Shown here: positions 58,761 through 64,000 of the stretch, piece by piece
Layout of the letters: every line of letters begins with the position of its first letter
Numbering within the stretch: position 1 is the first letter of the stretch
Source of the DNA: Eledone cirrhosa
Taxonomy: Eukaryota
Direction of reading: 5' to 3'
DNA length: 64,000 nt
Assembly: GCA_964016885.1 (NCBI GenBank)
Contig: OZ024749.1
Coordinates: 19,034,001 to 19,098,000, forward strand
Notes under the pieces: model-generated
Databases searched by the model: none
Seen by the model: only the letters and a program-made list of their open reading frames with translations
What the model was told of the DNA's origin: nothing
Position numbers and translations under genes: made by a program

Positions 58761-58950
58761 ATAATTGTTTCTACTTTTGGCACAAGGCCAGCAATTACCT
58801 CAGTACATTACTGGTACTTTATTTTATCGACCCCTGTAAGGATGAAAGGCAAAGTTAACCTTGGCGGGATTTGAACTCAGAATGGCAAGGGCCGTAACTC
58901 TATGCGTCAAAGCATGGCATCCAACCCTCTACCAATACTGCCAATCCACC
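58761..58950 (-). mobile_element. SINE family B, with further fragments at 58970-59335
   Basis: Reverse complement of the family B consensus. Confidence 0.8.
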
Positions 58951-59639
58951 GCCCCTAATAATAATAATAGTGATTTAGGCACAAGGCCAACAATTTTTGG
59001 GGATCGGAAAGTTGATTAAATCAGCCCCAGTGTGTTAGTGGTATTTTATTTTATCGACACCATATTATTATTATTGTTATTAAGGCCGGTGAATAAAATA
59101 AAGTACCAGTAACGCACTGGGGTCAATTTAATCGACTTTCCTCTCCCCAAAATTGCTGGCCTTGTGCCTAAATCAGAAATCATTATTATTGCTTTGATTT
59201 CAAATCCTGCCGAGGTTAGCTTTGCCTTTCATCTTTATGGGGTCAATAAAATAAAGTACCAGTAAAGTACTGGGTTCACTGTAACCGACATTTCCCTTCC
59301 CCCAAATTGCTGGCCTTGTTTCTAAATCAGAACCTAATTATTATTGCATTTATTGTTATTAAGAGTAGCAAACTAGTGGAACCGGTAGAGTGTTGAACGA
59401 AAGATAAATTACAAGTATTGAGGAATGCATTACTATTCTGCTGCATTTGACTGACAGAGAACTTCCCCTTCATTGACTACATTACACTAATCTTAATTAA
59501 AATATCAAACTGTTTTCAGCGTGCAAACACAAGTCCAAATTATTACTCCAAAACTTCAAAGCTGACACACACACACACACACACTCACACCCACCCATCC
59601 ATCCATCCATCCATCCATCCATCCATCTATCTATCTATC

Positions 59640-60135
59640 TAATGAAATTATTGTGTAAAGTGCTCAGTTGCACCACAACTCGTCAATATAGTACATAGAA
59701 TAATACACAAATGTCAGGGAAGTACATGTGTGTATGTGTTAGCTGTAGTGTTGGCAGATCTCGGGAAGGATGGAGGCTTTAAAGGATGCAGTGTCTCGGC
59801 AGCTAACAACTGATGCAGGTAGTTTGTTCCATGCTTCAGCAACTCTGAGCGTGAAAAATGTTTCCGTAAGTCATGGGAACTGTGCTGTTTTCTTACTTTG
59901 TGGGCATGTCCACATGTGTTAGACACATGGAAATCAAAAAGGTACTCAGGGTTGTTGTTGGCAACATGGTTAACAATTTTGTGGGTGTTTACCAAGTCAG
60001 TTGCCAGGCGTCGGAGCTTCAATGAATCCATGCCCAGGGAAGCAAGGCGCTCAGAGTATGGTAGATGCCTGATGGAGGGTATTCGCTTGGTTGCACGTCT
60101 CTGAACAGTTTCCAGGCGGTCAATGTCCTGAGCAA
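59640..60135 (-). mobile_element. CR1-like LINE 3' fragment
   Basis: LETVQRRATK..YSERL..GMDSLKLRRLATDL..TCGH..K.. is a typical CR1-group ORF2 end; related tail fragment at ~60545-60590. Confidence 0.8.
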
Positions 60136-60145
60136 TATATATATA

Positions 60146-60178
<33 letters not shown>

Positions 60179-60356
60179 ATATCTACAAGTCCAAATTATT
60201 ACTCCAAAACTTCAAAGTTGACCTTTCTTGATCCCACATGATAAATTGATAGCTAACTTCAGTGATCCCATCAATATACCTCCTCTGCATTTCATTATGC
60301 ATTGAGTCCTACTCTGATTTATGGTCTTCATGATCATGCAGCACAGACACACAGAG

Positions 60357-60422
<66 letters not shown>

Positions 60423-60455
60423 ACACACACACACACACACACAGACACACACACA

Positions 60456-60503
<48 letters not shown>

Positions 60504-61099
60504 ATCTCTAAATCTATCTATCTATATATATATATATATATTGATAATAATAATGAAAATGTTTGCATACAGTGCTCAGGTGCACTACAACCCATCAAAG
60601 ATCCATGTGTAGTGCATAGAATAACATTTAATTGTAGGATATAAATATTCATCATATAAGTACACCTGTACAGATGACATACAGGGTATGGCATCCAGGA
60701 TTAAATGTATGTGTAACTATATTTTCACATTTCCAGTTTTCTGATATACTGTAACCAAGTCACGTTCATGTTTGTTTGTTTGTTTATTTTATATTTTTAT
60801 TTATTTATTTTTTATTTGTTAGTTTGTTTATTCCTGTTTACTTTTAAGGAATTTCAGTGGAACAACTCTTTTTCTTACCCTGGAGACACTCTAGTAAACA
60901 AAATTTTAAGCCCTGCCAGAAGAGTAAGAGAGAGAGAGAGGAAGGAGATAGAGGGGCAGTGAGGGAGAGGAATAGTGGGAAAGAGAGGGGGTGGGTGGTA
61001 GAGTAAGAAATAGATAATATGAAAAATATTTCAGATTGTATATATGTGTCTATATATATATGTGTCTGTATGTAATATATGCATATATGTATATGTATA

Positions 61100-61144
<45 letters not shown>

Positions 61145-61284
61145 AGTCAAACTTGAGTTGAAAATCAACTTTTCAGACTTGAGAATTAGCCTGAAAAATA
61201 CATACATTCTATAGATGAACTAATGCATGTTTAATAATATGGCACACATGGCAATATTACATAATACATAGTCCTAAATAAATG

Positions 61285-61538
61285 AGGTCGTGTAGGTGTC
61301 ACAACAAAATAAAAACACACAGTCCACACTGTAATGTGGCCGTGTAGGTAACACGGTAAAAAACCCCCAGTCCACACTGTAAACGTGGTTGGTGTTAGGA
61401 AGGGCATCCAGCCGTAGAAAATCTGTCAGACAGTCCTATACAAGCAAAACAACCAATGTTGCCTCATGTGGGACAATTCCCGTCTCAACCCATGCTAGCG
61501 TGGAAGATAGACGTTAAAAACGATGACGATGATGATGA
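61285..61538 (+). mobile_element. RTE 3' UTR fragment
   Basis: Matches 26985-27226; (GAT)n tail. Confidence 0.85.
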
Positions 61539-61574
61539 TATATCTATATCTATCTCTCTCTCACTCTCTCTCTC

Positions 61575-62230
61575 TCTATATATATATATAGATCTATATA
61601 TATATATATATATATATATATAGATCTATATATATATAGATCTATATATATATATATATAGAGATCTATATATATATAGATCTATATATATATATATATA
61701 TAGAGATCTATATATATATATATAGATCTATATATATATATAGAGATCTATATATATATATATAGATCTATATATATATATATAGATCTATATATATATA
61801 TATAGATCTATATATATATATATATATAGATCTATATATATATATATATAGATCTATATATATATATATAGATCTATATATATATATATATAGAGATCTA
61901 TATATATATATATAGATCTATATATATATATATAGATCTATATATATATATATATATATAGATCTATATATATATATATAGATCTATATATATATATATA
62001 GATCTATATATATATATATATATAGATCTATATATATATATATAGATCTATATATATATATAGATCTATATATATATATATATAGATCTATATATATATA
62101 TATATATAGATCTATATATATATATAGATCTATATATATATATATATAGATCTATATATATATATAGATCTATATATATATATATATATATATATAGATC
62201 TATATATATATATATAGATCTATATATATA

Positions 62231-62308
<78 letters not shown>

Positions 62309-62442
62309 TCTATATATATATATATATAGATCTATATATATATATATATATAGATCTATATATATATAGATCTATAGATCTATAGATCTATATATATATA
62401 GATCTATATATATATATATATAGATCTCTATATATATATATA
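61575..62442. repeat. (TA)n punctuated by AGATCT
   Basis: Directly visible. Confidence 0.95.
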
Positions 62443-62561
62443 TAAATTGAAAAAAATGAAAACGAAATTTCATTTCTCACTCTTAGTATGGCACTTACTT
62501 AAATGTAAGTATGTATATATACGTACATACATATATGTATACAGACGTACAGTAGCATGCA

Positions 62562-62620
<59 letters not shown>

Positions 62621-63072
62621 ACACATATGCATACAGGTACACATACATATATGCACGCATCAGTTTAGCCGACGTTTATTATAACGCCGGCCGCTTTGTT
62701 CGTTTGTTTGTCAACAAAGCGAACAGCCTGAATTTATGCCATACGGTGCTAAGGCAACCACGTCACCTTTTTGTTCAACACTGACACAGGAACGATGTAC
62801 TAGTTTCAAGCTTGTTAGCTATCATCAGCACTGTTTACCCATCTGCCAGATAGTTGAACGTTCGAAAGTATATACTTTCCTTATGAAAATTAACGGCTGA
62901 GCAGCCTAATTTGCATATTGAGTGAGTTAAATCGGTCAGGCATACCGAAAACGATAAATTGAAAAAAATGAAAACGAAATTTCATTTCTCACTCTTAGTA
63001 TGGCACTTACTTAAATGTAAGTATGTATATATACGTACATACATATATGTATACAGACGTACAGTAGCATGC

Positions 63073-63113
<41 letters not shown>

Positions 63114-63570
63114 CATACACACATATGCATACAGGTACACATACATATATGCACGCATCAGTTTAGCCGACGTTTATTATAACGCCGGCCGCTTTGTTCG
63201 TTTGTTTGTCAACAAAGCGAACAGCCTGAATTTATGCCATACGGTGCTAAGGCAACCACGTCACCTTTTTGTTCAACACTGACACAGGAACGATGTACTA
63301 GTTTCAAGCTTGTTAGCTATCATCAGCACCGTTTACCCATCTGCCAGATAGTTGAACGTTCGAAAGTATATACTTTCCTTATGAAAATTAACGGCTGAGC
63401 AGCCTAATTTGCATATTGAGTGAGTTAAATCGGTCAGGCATACCGAAAACGATAAATTGAAAAAAATGAAAACGAAATTTCATTTCTCACTCTTAGTATG
63501 GCACTTACTTAAATGTAAGTATGTATATATACGTACATACATATATGTATACAGACGTACAGTAGCATGC

Positions 63571-63630
<60 letters not shown>

Positions 63631-64000
63631 ACACATATGCATACAGGTACACATACATATATGCACGCATCAGTTTAGCCGACGTTTATTATAACGCCGG
63701 CCGCTTTGTTCGTTTGTTTGTCAACAAAGCGAACAGCCTGAATTTATGCCATACGGTGCTAAGGCAACCACGTCACCTTTTTGTTCAACACTGACACAGG
63801 AACGATGTACTAGTTTCAAGCTTGTTAGCTATCATCAGCACCGTTTACCCATCTGCTAGATAGTTGAACGTTCGAAAGTATATACTTTCCTTATGAAAAT
63901 TAACGGCTGAGCAGCCTAATTTGCATATTGAGTGAGTTAAATCGGTCAGGCATACCGAAAACGATAAATTGAAAAAAATGAAAACGAAATTTCATTTCTC
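62443..64000 (-). mobile_element. tandem array of ~498-512-bp HHR-containing units (retrozyme-like), at least 3 copies, running off the window
   Basis: TAAATTGAAAAAAATGAAAACG at 62443, 62955, 63453, 63965; length differences lie in an internal (TA)n. Confidence 0.9.
63289..63333 (-). ncRNA. minimal type I hammerhead ribozyme (also at 62791-62835 and 63801-63845)
   Basis: AACGGTG-CTGATGA-TAGCTAACAAGCTT-GAAA-CTAG-TA-CATCGTT. Confidence 0.9.

Overview
Eukaryotic, very AT-rich repeat DNA; no CRISPR, rRNA, tRNA gene or confidently identifiable host gene is visible. It is most likely a cephalopod such as octopus, inferred only from the repeat types. About 40% is (TA)n-derived microsatellite, which accounts for nearly all the long Y/I/C/V ORFs in the track. 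Between these tracts lie 5'-truncated RTE-clade LINEs with a PHD-type zinc finger inserted downstream of the RT YADD motif, tRNA-derived SINEs of two families, a CR1-like fragment, several MITEs and large minisatellites. The main signal is a dense set of type I hammerhead ribozymes (HHRs), read by eye from the CUGANGA/GAAA/UH core and the three stems. A 310-bp tandem array holds 19 HHR copies and switches orientation internally. A ~500-bp tandem array holds 3 copies in the window, and a 683-bp terminally redundant unit holds one. Several foldback fragments carry further HHRs. An 80-codon Penelope-like endonuclease C-terminus, absent from the ORF track, is followed by a decayed HHR. Together these suggest several retrozyme / Penelope-like families associated with (TA)n tracts. 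All structures were paired by eye; no folding or database search was run.
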